Origin: Acidimicrobiia bacterium
GTDB lineage: Bacteria > Actinomycetota > Acidimicrobiia > Acidimicrobiales > SKKL01
Direction: 5' to 3'
DNA length: 64,000 nucleotides
Assembly: GCA_041676705.1 (NCBI GenBank)
Contig: JBAYRL010000002.1
Coordinates: 191,993 to 255,992 of the forward strand
The notes under the pieces are model-generated. The model did no database searches. It was not told where the DNA came from and worked only from the letters and a program-made list of their open reading frames with translations. Made by a program: the position numbers and the translations under genes. Below, in pieces: positions 37,660-48,278 of this stretch (positions within the stretch are counted from its first letter, which is position 1; the number at the start of each line of letters is the position of its first letter).

Positions 37660-39114
37660 CTAGCGCGAGCGTTCCGACCGCAACGATGAGCGCCTAACTT
37701 TGCCAGCGTCATCTCGCACTGGTTCATGTACCCATTCGAAAGATCGGGGAATCTTGTAGGACACCAAACGTTCACCGAGGAAGTTTCTTAGCTCAGCCTC
37801 ATCAATCGCTTCAATGGCCGGGTCAATTTGCACCACGGCATGCACCAAATGGCCCAAATCATCATCGGGTAAACCGATCACCGCACAAGAACGCACCTCG
37901 GGGTGTTCATCAAGAGCCGCTTCAACCTCAGCCGGATAGATGTTGGAACCGCCTGAGATAATCATGTCAGCCATACGATCAGCCAGATACAGGTATCCAT
38001 CAGCATCGATCGAACCCATGTCGCCTAAGGATTCCCAATCACCACTTGTACGAGGCTCAGCCCCGATGTAACGGTAGGTACGGGGAACATCAGGTGGAGT
38101 GTGCATCCACAGCTCGCCCACTTCGCCAGCGGGGAGTTCGTTTCCTTCAGCATCGCAAATCTTCATGGAGCCGTCTTTAACCTGCCCCACCGAACCGGGG
38201 TGCGCCAACCATTCTTCCCCGCTGATTATGGTTACGCCCTGGGCTTCAGTACCGGCGTATAGCTCCCAAACTCGTTCCGGTCCCAGCCAGTTGATCCATT
38301 CGTGTTTCAACCACATGGGACAAGGAGCACCGAGGTGCAAAATACCTTTTAAAGTTGAAAGGTCTCGGCCAAATTTTTCTTCCTCGTCGAGTCGCCAAAT
38401 ACGGTGCATCATGGTTGGCACTAACAGCATCCAAGTTACGCCGTGCTGCTCAACCAGCTCTAAGGTTTTACTGGCGTCGAATCGGGTCATCACCACCAAA
38501 TGGTTTCCAGTGAAAAGCCCACCCATCGAAAAAATAAACGGCGCGTTGTGATATAGCGGCCCTGGTACTAGTTGCACGCCATTGAGTTCTTGGCCAAAAC
38601 CGCGGGGCGCTTCGGGGTCTACCAAACCGGGCTGTCCGGCCACAATGATTTTGGGTCGGCCAGTACTGCCACCCGAAGTTGGTGCCTTCAAGGCCGAAGC
38701 TACTTTGGAAGGCAACGGCGAATCATCGAGGCCAGGGTCGGCTTCATAACCCGGCGGAATACATAAGCGCGTGCCATGAGTTTCGGGTTCCACTCCCACC
38801 ACTATTGGCGGGTCGACCAGCTCAACTATCGCTTCGCGTTCTCTAAAAGGAAGCCGAGCCGACACTGGTTGCGGGGTCGCTCCAAGCTTCCAAATCGCGA
38901 TACATGCCTCATAAAATTCAATCCCATTCGGCAATCCCACCGTCACCAAGTCGTCGTGTTCGACCCCCATCGCCTGATAAGCGCGAGCCAACCGATTGGT
39001 GCGTTGGTCGAGTTCCGCTCGGCTGACAGTGCGTTCCTCGTGGGTGATCGAAGCACGGTCGGGGTCTTGTTCGGCCCAAAAACGGAATACGTCGCCGATT
39101 GGCATTTGCGCCAT
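37660..39114 (-). CDS. AMP-binding acyl-CoA synthetase (BaiB-like)
   Basis: TSGGSTGRPK P-loop, GPLYHNAP, ELYAGTEA, LGDMG, IISGGSNIYPAEVE, GKVRR. Confidence 0.9.
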   Translation of the reverse strand: MAQMPIGDVFRFWAEQDPDRASITHEERTVSRAELDQRTNRLARAYQAMGVEHDDLVTVGLPNGIEFYEACIAIWKLGATPQPVSARLPFREREAIVELVDPPIVVGVEPETHGTRLCIPPGYEADPGLDDSPLPSKVASALKAPTSGGSTGRPKIIVAGQPGLVDPEAPRGFGQELNGVQLVPGPLYHNAPFIFSMGGLFTGNHLVVMTRFDASKTLELVEQHGVTWMLLVPTMMHRIWRLDEEEKFGRDLSTLKGILHLGAPCPMWLKHEWINWLGPERVWELYAGTEAQGVTIISGEEWLAHPGSVGQVKDGSMKICDAEGNELPAGEVGELWMHTPPDVPRTYRYIGAEPRTSGDWESLGDMGSIDADGYLYLADRMADMIISGGSNIYPAEVEAALDEHPEVRSCAVIGLPDDDLGHLVHAVVQIDPAIEAIDEAELRNFLGERLVSYKIPRSFEWVHEPVRDDAGKVRRSSLRSERSR

Positions 39115-39182
39115 TTGATTGGATCCCCCTGCCTAAAAAGTCCAGATGTGGCATTCACAAATTTATCTGACACTATTGAAAC

Positions 39183-39635
39183 ATGTCGGATGACATGGTC
39201 TGGGACCACGATATACCTAAGCGACCTGCGCTTACGCTAGCTACCACCTTTAAGCGCGCTGCGGTTCTTCGGTGTCCACTATGTGGCGGGCGAAAGATTT
39301 TCCGCCGGTGGACAGTCATGGCCGAGAACTGTCCGACTTGCGGACTACGTTTTGAGCGAATCGAAGGACATTGGATCGGGTCTCTTGGGGTCAATACCGT
39401 GCTCAGCTGTTTCAGCATCATCGCGGTCTTGGTGGTGGCCTTCATAGTGACCTTCGACAACCCGTCAATCCCGCTGCTGCTCGCTCTAACGGTAGTCACG
39501 GCCATCGTGGCGCCATACCTATATTTTCCCTATGCCAAGACATTTTGGTTGGCTTTCGACCTGTTAATGCGGCCTTTAACACCAGATGACGAAGTCGACG
39601 TTCGATACCTACCGGAACCCCGCAAACCCTGGTAG
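39183..39635 (+). CDS. DUF983-like membrane protein
   Basis: CPLCG..F......CPTCGLRFER.EG, two TM helices. Confidence 0.75.
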   Translation: MSDDMVWDHDIPKRPALTLATTFKRAAVLRCPLCGGRKIFRRWTVMAENCPTCGLRFERIEGHWIGSLGVNTVLSCFSIIAVLVVAFIVTFDNPSIPLLLALTVVTAIVAPYLYFPYAKTFWLAFDLLMRPLTPDDEVDVRYLPEPRKPW

Positions 39636-39700
39636 CCGAGGTTTCTCAAGCTAAACAACCCATATAGCCAACTGGCTCGCTTCGGCCGGGCCCATGTTTC

Positions 39701-39730
39701 AGCCGTGCTTTTGGCGAAGCACCACCGGCT
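39701..39730. terminator. Hairpin between convergent genes
   Basis: AGCCG-TGCTT..AAGCAC..CGGCT bulged stem. Confidence 0.45.
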
Positions 39731-40294
39731 TTATTCCACAAATGTTACCGTTGGCTCGGGTCGCTGCGGTGCCAAGACGCCATCGGTAGGCCAACCCAAA
39801 TAAATCAGCGCAATCATGTGGTCGGTGGGCTCAAAACCGCAGAGCTCACGCACAGCATCACTTCGCAGTGGTGCACCCGAGGCCCAAAACGAAGCCAACC
39901 CGGCCGCGGTAGCACCCAACAAAAAGTTTTGAATACCAGCCGCCACCGCCAGGTGATCTTCATACAGAACCTCGGGTTCGTCTTGATGAGCGGCTGCGAC
40001 CATCACAATGGTGGATGCTCGGCAGTACTTGGTTAAGGCCTTAGCAAGCTTGCCTTCACGTTTTTCGCCTTCGCTAAGCAGCTGTTCACGAGTTAAAGCT
40101 CCAAGCTTTACGCGCGCATCACCGGTCAAAACAGAAAAGCGCCACGGCCAAGTACGTTTGTGGTTGGGTGCCCACGTTGCTAGCTCGCAAAGCTGCATAA
40201 TCAGCTCGGGTGGCACAGGCTTATCAACATCAATTAGCAAGCTGGTACGTCGACGCCGCGCCAGCTCATCAAAATCAGACAAAGCGGTGTTCAT
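39731..40294 (-). CDS. Nitroreductase-family protein
   Basis: ARRRRT, ATWAPNHKRTWPWRF, AVAAGIQNFLLGATAAGLASFWASG. Start ATG 40294. Confidence 0.88.
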   Translation of the reverse strand: MNTALSDFDELARRRRTSLLIDVDKPVPPELIMQLCELATWAPNHKRTWPWRFSVLTGDARVKLGALTREQLLSEGEKREGKLAKALTKYCRASTIVMVAAAHQDEPEVLYEDHLAVAAGIQNFLLGATAAGLASFWASGAPLRSDAVRELCGFEPTDHMIALIYLGWPTDGVLAPQRPEPTVTFVE

Positions 40295-40307
40295 GGTTGG
40301 CTTCAAC

Positions 40308-43300
40308 CTATCGGGCGGCCACCACAATCGTGCGATACACCAAACGCCAACCATCGCCGTCAATACCCAGATCGGCCAGGCGTCGAGCGGCGTCAGCAGC
40401 GCTTAACGGGTCGGAAGTGCCGGCTGCCAAATGCGCTTCAGAGCGGGCCAAAGACACCAGGGCGCTGGCTACTTGATCATCGGTGGCGGCGGCCAGCGAG
40501 GCCGCCGAATCGAAGTGAGCGACGCCTTCTTCTGTGGTCCCGATTCCAAGCCACATGCTGGCTAAGGCCAAATGCGCCCAAATTCGATCGAGATAGGTGC
40601 TTTGCTCAGCGGCGAAAACCCGGTCGGCCGATTCAATTGCTTGGGCGTGGTCACCCACCATGGCATAAAGCAGCGCTAAGGCACTGAGCGCGTAACCGCT
40701 GGGGAATTCTTCGAGCCCCGAACTCACCGACTCGCGCAACCGTGCAAGTGCTACACCGGTGTCGCCCAATTGGGCTTTGGCCAGGCTAAAAGCCACCAAA
40801 CGGTCACCTTCGCCCACCACGGAAGGGTCGAGGCCATCCATGGTAATTAGGGCCAAATTTTGTAGGGCGCGTTTCGGATCACCGATGTATACCGCCGCGG
40901 CCGCGGCCGCCGTTGGGACCGATTCCACCGCACCGCCATGACAAAAGCGACGTTGTTCAATCGCTAGATCAATGGTTTTGAAACCTTCGCTGATGCGTCC
41001 CGCTGCGATTAGAGCCCGACCCAGCACACTGGCCGCTTGTAATTCACGCTCCAGGTCGCCAATACGCTTAAAGGTTTCAACAGCGTCATTAGCACGATCG
41101 ATCGAAGCCACGGAACGCCCGGTCCATAAACGCAATGAAGCCGTTAGCAATAGCATCATGGCTTCGGCCCAACGATCGCCACGTCCTCGGGCCTCAACCA
41201 GCATGCCTTCGCCTAAAGCTTCGGCTTCTTCCCATCGACCTTGGTGGAAGCGGACCCAGCCCTGTAACCCAGTGGCCCAACCGTAACCACCGCTGTCACC
41301 AATTTCAGCGAACTTTTCTAGTGACTCTTGGAGCTGGCGATCAGCTTCGCTGGGGCGTCCACTTTGAAAGGCGACCCAGGCCAGGTTCTGTAACGCCCAG
41401 GCTTCACCACGTTTATCGGCGATAGCACCAAAAACGTCGAGGGCAGCCGACATTGAGCTTCGGGCATCTTCCAGATTTCCGCTTAACAGTTCCACCATGC
41501 CACGCAGCCGGAGCGCTTCGGCCATGCCCGTCTTGTCATCTAAACGGCGGAATTCGTTTTCTGCCTCCACGAACGAGGCCAGTGCTTCTTCAACTCGACC
41601 TTCACGATCTTCGATCGAGCCGCGAACTAGCAAAGCTTTGGCCACCCCTGAGTCATCATCAAGGACGGTGCTAATGCTCATCGCCTCATCGACATCAGCA
41701 CGGGCTTCTTCCAACCAGCGCAGATCGGATCGGGCCCGACCCCGGCCCAGCAACAAGGTGGCACGCTGAGCGGTTGGCAGCGGCGGTGCTAACGCCACTG
41801 CCCGGTCATATAAACGTTCGGCCACTACTGGCACGGCGTTAGCTTCGGCGCGCCGAGCAGCTTCTATCAACCATTCCAGTGCTTCGCCCACGATGCTGGC
41901 CGGAATTCCAGCCACCCCGCCAAGCTCTTTGGCTAGCTGGGCCGCGGCTGCGAAGTGGTGAGCTAAAGCGTCAACAATGGCGTCGGAAACCCCGGTACCC
42001 CAGGTGTAATTGCGTTTGAGGAACTCACCGATGCCCCAATGCCGCAGTGCACGAGCGGCCTTGGTCATCATGGTGTAGGTAACGTCGCGCACCAGCTCAG
42101 TACGAAATGTGTACTCGGTACCTTCTTCGTTTAACACCAAAATGTCTTTTTCGGCCAAACCGCTCACGGCGGTTTCGACCTCGGTGCGTCCACGTCGGCC
42201 ATGACCAGCCCGGTCGGCTGCTGCCATAAGCACCAACGCTTCCACCGTGCCTTGACGGCCGTAGACCGCGGCGTCTTCCAGGGCACGGCGCTCAGGTTGG
42301 GTCAAACCGTCGAGGCGGGCCGCTACCAAACCCCGCAACGAATCAGGGAGCCGGTCGCCGTCGATTAACGAAGCCGGGTTCACGTGGCCAGGGCTATCGG
42401 AGACCAGGCCCATCAGCTCTTCTAAGAACAACGGGTTTCCAGCGCTACGTTCTAGCAGCACATCTTGAACTTCGGGGGCCATCCGATCGTCGGATAAGGC
42501 CTCGAGCAGTGTCCGGCTGGCACCACGGCCTAGGGGGTCGACGTTTACTACTAGTGAGTTATGTCGCCCATCGGCCGGTGCCCAGGATTCCCGGAAATGT
42601 GGTCTTTGTGTCGTTAGAAGGATGAAAGGCTTATCAACCAGACGTTCTAGCAACACGGCCAGCAGTTCTAAGACCGAACTTCCCGCCCAGTGGAGGTCGG
42701 CAATCACCATCATCACCGGTTTGAGTTCGAGGTAGGCCTCAAGAAAACGAACCAGTGAGCGAGCCACTTCTTCTCGGGCTCGACGCGGATCAATGCCCCG
42801 CAACGGACCGTCGAAGCCCATAAGGTGAACGATGCCGTTGGTGAGCCGCTCGACCTCACTTTCGGGCTTGGAATCGGGAGGAAACCCAAGGGTATCGACC
42901 AGAGTCTCTCGCAACCGTTGGCGCACCGTCGTTGGAGCGTCATTCATGGTGGCACCCACCGCGGTGCGAATAGCTTCGGCAATAGGCCACCACACATTGG
43001 CTTCGCCGTATGCCACCGCCCGACCTCGCCACACCAACGCTTCATGTCGCTGATGAGCAAAATCGCCAACCTCAAGCGCCAAGCGAGATTTGCCCACACC
43101 AGCATCACCGATAAGGGTCACCAGCAGGGCCTTGCGTCTCTCTACGACGGCATCAATGGCCTGTCCGATGAGGTCCATTTCACGGGCACGGCCAATGAGT
43201 GGGGTGCGGAATGCTTGTCGTCGATATCCAGGAGGAACTTCGGGGGCCAAAGCTCGCCACGCCGCCACCAAGTCGTCGCGGCCTTTAACCGTCAACGCCC

Positions 43301-43871
43301 CGACAGAATCGTATTTTATGGAATCCGCGGTGGCGCTATAGGTGGAGTTACCAACCCAAACTTCGCCTGGTACGGCGGCGTTTTGCAGCCGTGAAGCCGT
43401 GTTTACCACGTCGCCCATGGCGGTATAGTCGCCGCCAGCACGCAACGCCCCTGTCAACACTTCCCCGGTGTTGATTCCAATGCGCATTTGCACTGTCATC
43501 CCCAGGCGTTCCGACATTTTGGCGATCGTTTCTTGCATTCGTAGGGCCGCCCGAACAGCGCGTTCGGCATCATCTTCATGAGCCACCGGCGCTCCGAACA
43601 ATGCCAAAATCGCGTCACCCAAAATCTTGTCGACCCGGCCACCAAACGAACGAATGTCGTCTACCAAAGCCTCAAAGAGACGATCAATTAGGGCTTTGAC
43701 CTGCTCGGGGTCGCGGTTTTCGGCCATGCCCGTGTAGCCAACCAAGTCGGCAAATAAAACAGTGACCACGCGCCGTTCATCAATTTGAGCCACCAACTGA
43801 TGCCCACACGAAGGACAAAATCTGGCACCTTCGGGTGTTACGGCACCACATACTGGACAAGTCACCCTCAC
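40308..43871 (-). CDS. Zinc-ribbon + class III adenylate cyclase + STAND/AAA ATPase + TPR protein
   Basis: CPVC..CPSC; VLFADLVGYT, DKILGDA, RIGINTG, GDVVNTASRL; GDAGVGKS; TPR-like helical repeats. Start approximate. Confidence 0.9.
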   Translation of the reverse strand: MRVTCPVCGAVTPEGARFCPSCGHQLVAQIDERRVVTVLFADLVGYTGMAENRDPEQVKALIDRLFEALVDDIRSFGGRVDKILGDAILALFGAPVAHEDDAERAVRAALRMQETIAKMSERLGMTVQMRIGINTGEVLTGALRAGGDYTAMGDVVNTASRLQNAAVPGEVWVGNSTYSATADSIKYDSVGALTVKGRDDLVAAWRALAPEVPPGYRRQAFRTPLIGRAREMDLIGQAIDAVVERRKALLVTLIGDAGVGKSRLALEVGDFAHQRHEALVWRGRAVAYGEANVWWPIAEAIRTAVGATMNDAPTTVRQRLRETLVDTLGFPPDSKPESEVERLTNGIVHLMGFDGPLRGIDPRRAREEVARSLVRFLEAYLELKPVMMVIADLHWAGSSVLELLAVLLERLVDKPFILLTTQRPHFRESWAPADGRHNSLVVNVDPLGRGASRTLLEALSDDRMAPEVQDVLLERSAGNPLFLEELMGLVSDSPGHVNPASLIDGDRLPDSLRGLVAARLDGLTQPERRALEDAAVYGRQGTVEALVLMAAADRAGHGRRGRTEVETAVSGLAEKDILVLNEEGTEYTFRTELVRDVTYTMMTKAARALRHWGIGEFLKRNYTWGTGVSDAIVDALAHHFAAAAQLAKELGGVAGIPASIVGEALEWLIEAARRAEANAVPVVAERLYDRAVALAPPLPTAQRATLLLGRGRARSDLRWLEEARADVDEAMSISTVLDDDSGVAKALLVRGSIEDREGRVEEALASFVEAENEFRRLDDKTGMAEALRLRGMVELLSGNLEDARSSMSAALDVFGAIADKRGEAWALQNLAWVAFQSGRPSEADRQLQESLEKFAEIGDSGGYGWATGLQGWVRFHQGRWEEAEALGEGMLVEARGRGDRWAEAMMLLLTASLRLWTGRSVASIDRANDAVETFKRIGDLERELQAASVLGRALIAAGRISEGFKTIDLAIEQRRFCHGGAVESVPTAAAAAAVYIGDPKRALQNLALITMDGLDPSVVGEGDRLVAFSLAKAQLGDTGVALARLRESVSSGLEEFPSGYALSALALLYAMVGDHAQAIESADRVFAAEQSTYLDRIWAHLALASMWLGIGTTEEGVAHFDSAASLAAATDDQVASALVSLARSEAHLAAGTSDPLSAADAARRLADLGIDGDGWRLVYRTIVVAAR

Positions 43872-44011
43872 AGCATAGATGCCAAGCCCCAAGGTGACTC
43901 TGGTCACCTAGGCCTTTAATTCACCGTTACCAGGTCAGGCGCGCCTATCGTTAACCCCTTGGCATTATTAAACTCGCTCAAAGTCATGGTCCATAAGTTC
44001 GGAGTTGCCAG

Positions 44012-44764
44012 GTGACAAGTACAGATGTGTCGACAAAATTTGCTGCTAAAGCAGTAAACGCAACCAAGATCTACGGTTCTGGGGAAACCAAGGTTGTGGC
44101 GCTAGACCACATTGATGCCGACTTCGAGCGGGAGCGCTTTACCGCCATCATGGGACCTTCCGGTTCAGGAAAGTCAACCCTAATGCACTGCTTGGCGGGT
44201 CTTGACACGCTAACTGAAGGCCAGGTTTTTATTGGCGATATCGATCTTTCATCGCTAAAGGAAAAGCAGCTAACCACCTTGCGTCGTGACAAAGTGGGTT
44301 TCATCTTCCAAGCTTTCAACCTGATTCCAACGCTGAGCGCACTAGAGAACATTGTGCTGCCCATGTCTCTAGCCGGGCGCAAGGCAGACCCTGACTGGCT
44401 CGACCGGGTAGTGGCGACGGTGGGCTTAGGTGACCGTTTGGGCCATCGTCCGGCAGAACTTTCTGGTGGTCAACAACAGCGGGTGGCAGTCTCTAGGGCC
44501 CTAGCAAGTCGGCCCGAAATTATCTTTGCCGACGAACCAACTGGGAACCTCGACTCGAACAGCGGCGGTGAGATTCTTAATTTCATGCGTCAAGCGGTGG
44601 ACGAATTTAGACAAACCATTGTCATGGTGACCCACGACCCGTTAGCTGCCAGCATCGCCGATCGGGTGGTCTTTTTGGTAGATGGAAAAATTGTCTCGGA
44701 GATCCGTCAGCCCACACGTGACCTGATCATCGACCAAATGAAAGATCTTGAGGTACCTAAATAA
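44012..44764 (+). CDS. ABC transporter ATP-binding protein (LolD/MacB-like)
   Basis: GPSGSGKS, LSGGQQQ, IFADEPTGNLD, VTHD. Confidence 0.93.
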   Translation: MTSTDVSTKFAAKAVNATKIYGSGETKVVALDHIDADFERERFTAIMGPSGSGKSTLMHCLAGLDTLTEGQVFIGDIDLSSLKEKQLTTLRRDKVGFIFQAFNLIPTLSALENIVLPMSLAGRKADPDWLDRVVATVGLGDRLGHRPAELSGGQQQRVAVSRALASRPEIIFADEPTGNLDSNSGGEILNFMRQAVDEFRQTIVMVTHDPLAASIADRVVFLVDGKIVSEIRQPTRDLIIDQMKDLEVPK

Positions 44765-47328
44765 TGCTTCGCACCACACTGAGGTCTTTGTGGTTCTACA
44801 AGCGACGCCTTTTATCAACCGCACTAGCGGTGCTCTTAGGGGTTGCTTTTATGAGCGGCACCCTGATTCTAGGTGACACTCTTGACCACTCCATCAAGGC
44901 GGTTCTGGGTGAAGCCGACCCCGGCGTCCACGCCCAAATTCGGGGTCCGGTGCTCTTTGACTCTGGTTTTGGTGCCATGCGCGCCAACGTGCCCGCCGAC
45001 CTGGTTGAAACGGTACGTGACGTACCCGAAGTGGCTTCTGCTTACGGTTACATCCAAACCCAGTCTGGGCGCGTCTTGGGCGCCGACGGCGAAACCTTAG
45101 GGGCCGATCAGGGACCGCCAACCATACTCGAGGCGGTTATTCCAGATGCCTCCTTAACAAGCTATGAGTTTGTGACAGGGCGCACCGTTGAAGCCAACGA
45201 CGAAATGATTCTGAATCGTGGAGCTGCTAAGAACGGCGACCTCCACGTGGGCGACAAAGTCACGGTTATTACCGCTCTCGGCTCGCAAGAGTTCACTTTG
45301 GTTGGGACTTATGACATTCGCGGTAAAGCCAGCATCTTGGGTGCCGTAGTCGCCGGTTTCACCACCGAAACGGCCCAACAATTTGCCGGTGTCACCGACG
45401 AGTTCGAAACCATTTTGGTTCACGGCCAAGCTGGCACCACCCCAGATGAGCTGGTGTCGATCCTGCAGCACGATCTTGCTTCCGCAGGCGATTTCAATAT
45501 TCTTACCGGCGAGGCCGCTGCCAAAGAGCGAGCCGATGACCTGAGCCAAGGTTTGTCGTTCTTCACGACCTTCCTCATGATTTTCGCGGTTATTGCGCTT
45601 ACGGTCGGTGCCTTCATTATTTACAACACCTTCTCAATTTTGGTGGCCCAACGAAGCAAAGAGCTGGCACTGATGCGCGCCATTGGAGCGTCACGACGCC
45701 AGGTACTGATGTCGGTACTTCTAGAGGCTTCTTTCATTGGGCTGATTTCGGCATTGGTCGGGTTGCTAGGCGGTATGGGCCTGGCCATGTTGGTGCGACA
45801 AGCACTTGATGCTTTCGGAATGGAACTAGCCACCGGTGGAATTACGGTTACCACCTCTACCATCATCACGGCACTTGTCGCCGGGCTAGTGGTGACCTTC
45901 TTTTCGGCTTTGGTACCAGCACGCCGTGCTACGCGAGTGGCACCCATCGAAGCGATCCGCGAAATCGAAACCGACTCTTCGACGACTTCAAAACTTCGGG
46001 GCGCTCTTGGATTGATTGCTCTGGTGCTGGGTCTACTCTCGATCATCCCGGCCTTCGGTGATGAGCCCGACAACAATGCCTTAATTGGCGTTGGAATTGG
46101 TGCGTTACTTTTGCTCTTGAGCCTGATCGTCCTGGGTCCGGCCATCGCCAAACCTATTGCTCAGCTAGCTGGGATACCTTTGGGTGCTACCCGTGGAATT
46201 AGTGGTCAGTTAGCCAGCCAAAACGCTGTACGTTCGCCTAAACGTACCTCGTCCACCGCCGCAGCCTTAATGATCGGCGTGGCCTTGGTGGGTTTCATCA
46301 CCATCTTTGCGCATTCGGCCAAATTCTCGATCGACAAAGAAATCAATCGAGGTCTGAAAGCTGATCTGATTCTTAGCTCGGACGTGTTCGACTTAGGCAT
46401 CCCGTTGTCGCTCACCGACGAGGTCGCCAGTCTCCCCGAGGTCGCCGAGTTAGCGTCAATTCGCCAAACTTTCGCGCAAGTTCGCACCTCTTCGGGCAAA
46501 GAGATCGTCACCTTTGCTTCGGCGATCAACCCCGACAACTTCACTCAGCTCATCAGCACAAAGATGGCTCAGGGGACATTGTCCGATCTGTCGCGCGGCA
46601 AGATCGTGGTTGACCGTAGCGTCGCCCGTGACAACGACATTGCCGTTGGCGACACAATTCAGCTCACCTTCCGCTCAGGTTCAACTTCTAAGTACACGGT
46701 GAGTGCACTGGGCGACGATCCGTTCCTGCTTGGCATGTTCGTCATCTCGCACGAAGATTGGAACAAGGCGGTACCCGACGCCACCGACAGCATCGTGTTT
46801 GTTAAGGCGTCCACCAACAGCTCGGTCTCGGCTTTACAAGACGAAATCGAGGACCTGTTAGAGCCGTATCCGATGGTTGAAGTCGCCAATCGTGATCAGT
46901 TCATGGGCAGCATCGTGGCACAGCTTGATTCGGCCTTAAACATTTTGTATGGGCTACTGGCCTTGTCGGTGTTCATTGCTTTGATAGGAATTGCCAACAC
47001 CTTGGCGCTCTCCATTCATGAACGAACCCGCGAACTAGGCTTGTTGCGTGCCGTGGGCATGAACCGTAGTCAGCTGCGATCGTCAATCCGTTGGGAAGCT
47101 GCCATCATCTCAATCATCGGCACACTAGAAGGACTTGTTTACGCTCTGGGCGTAAGTTACGTACTGATCAAGACGCTGAGCACCCAAGGTTTTTCGGTTT
47201 ATGCGGTGCCCTATATGCGTCTTAGCGTGATCGTGGTGATCTTCGCATTATTAGGGGTGGCAGCTGCAATTCGCCCGGCACGACGAGCTTCAAAGCTGAA
47301 CGTGTTGGACGCTATCGCCACAGAATAA
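44764..47328 (+). CDS. ABC transporter permease (duplicated FtsX/MacB-type)
   Basis: Two FtsX-like TM blocks (IYNTFSILVAQRSKELALMRAIGAS; IANTLALSIHERTRELGLLRAVGM) and two extracytoplasmic domains. Confidence 0.9.
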   Translation: MLRTTLRSLWFYKRRLLSTALAVLLGVAFMSGTLILGDTLDHSIKAVLGEADPGVHAQIRGPVLFDSGFGAMRANVPADLVETVRDVPEVASAYGYIQTQSGRVLGADGETLGADQGPPTILEAVIPDASLTSYEFVTGRTVEANDEMILNRGAAKNGDLHVGDKVTVITALGSQEFTLVGTYDIRGKASILGAVVAGFTTETAQQFAGVTDEFETILVHGQAGTTPDELVSILQHDLASAGDFNILTGEAAAKERADDLSQGLSFFTTFLMIFAVIALTVGAFIIYNTFSILVAQRSKELALMRAIGASRRQVLMSVLLEASFIGLISALVGLLGGMGLAMLVRQALDAFGMELATGGITVTTSTIITALVAGLVVTFFSALVPARRATRVAPIEAIREIETDSSTTSKLRGALGLIALVLGLLSIIPAFGDEPDNNALIGVGIGALLLLLSLIVLGPAIAKPIAQLAGIPLGATRGISGQLASQNAVRSPKRTSSTAAALMIGVALVGFITIFAHSAKFSIDKEINRGLKADLILSSDVFDLGIPLSLTDEVASLPEVAELASIRQTFAQVRTSSGKEIVTFASAINPDNFTQLISTKMAQGTLSDLSRGKIVVDRSVARDNDIAVGDTIQLTFRSGSTSKYTVSALGDDPFLLGMFVISHEDWNKAVPDATDSIVFVKASTNSSVSALQDEIEDLLEPYPMVEVANRDQFMGSIVAQLDSALNILYGLLALSVFIALIGIANTLALSIHERTRELGLLRAVGMNRSQLRSSIRWEAAIISIIGTLEGLVYALGVSYVLIKTLSTQGFSVYAVPYMRLSVIVVIFALLGVAAAIRPARRASKLNVLDAIATE

Positions 47329-47356
47329 TAGGACCAGATAATAAGACCGCCTAGTC

Positions 47357-47438
47357 CGACCAGCCGTGGCTAAGTTGCTCGCAACTTGATGATATAGCCA
47401 TGGCTGGTCGTGGCCTGCTAGCGACCACTAATGGCCAC
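47357..47438. repeat. Long inverted-repeat structure between convergent genes (terminator or REP-like)
   Basis: CGACCAGCCGTGGCTA (47357-72) / TAGCCATGGCTGGTCG (47395-410), 1 mismatch; inner AGTTGC/GCAACT; GTGGCC/GGCCAC (47410-15 / 47433-38). Confidence 0.65.
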
Positions 47439-47457
47439 ATAGCCGACGTAATCGGAT

Positions 47458-48276
47458 CTAGGCGAAGGTGACTTCATCGCCCACGTTTATGACACCAGCA
47501 CCGTTGACCGATGCATACGAACCAAGCGACGCAAACGTGCCCAACATAGAGGTCACCCGATTGTTACTAGCCAAAGTACGTAAAACCTCAGGCAGCGAAG
47601 CCAAGTCGCCTTGGGCCAAAGTCGGCATCACACAGCGTGGGGTAGGAACTCCAACTTCAATTTGAACCTCACCCAACTTCAGGGTGCGGCCTTCCCATTC
47701 ATTTTCGATAAACCCAGGGTCAGTGTTGGTATCAATTACCAAACTAGGGCGGAAACGTCGCAGATCGGTACCGGTTTCTGGTACCAGTTCGGCGAGCGCC
47801 GCCAGGCTAGCGGTAGTGATGAAGTGTAGTGCTGCCACATCAACAAAAGATGTGCCTTGGCCAGCCAGATTTACCGGAATGTCTACCGAACCTGCCAGCG
47901 ATAGGCCTTCAATTTCGGGCCAGTCAGAAGCGTAAACACCTTGTTGGGTCTGGGTCGCCAACTCAACCTTTACAGGACGGCCAAACAGTTCGCTTAAGGC
48001 CGTTTCTAACTTGGGGTCAACGACTGACCATTCAGACTTATCAGGCAAGGTTACCGTTACTTCACGGCCCACTCCCCGAGCCTGGCAGTTCAGTAGTTCA
48101 CGCCACAAACTTGGTCGCTTAGCACTGACGATTTTGTCGGTTTCTAGATCGCGCAATGCCCACGTGCGGTCACCGTCAATACCGCCTTCGTCTACCGGTA
48201 CCGATTGAAGAGCTTCACCTTGCATTGATTTGAAAGGGAATCGGTACAGGTGAGTGATGCGTCCAAGTGAGCTCAT
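47458..48276 (-). CDS. MOSC-domain protein
   Basis: LYRFPFKSMQGE, GIDGDRTWAL, RRFRPSLVI, TPRCVMPT. Confidence 0.88.
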   Translation of the reverse strand: MSSLGRITHLYRFPFKSMQGEALQSVPVDEGGIDGDRTWALRDLETDKIVSAKRPSLWRELLNCQARGVGREVTVTLPDKSEWSVVDPKLETALSELFGRPVKVELATQTQQGVYASDWPEIEGLSLAGSVDIPVNLAGQGTSFVDVAALHFITTASLAALAELVPETGTDLRRFRPSLVIDTNTDPGFIENEWEGRTLKLGEVQIEVGVPTPRCVMPTLAQGDLASLPEVLRTLASNNRVTSMLGTFASLGSYASVNGAGVINVGDEVTFA

Positions 48277-48278
48277 GG

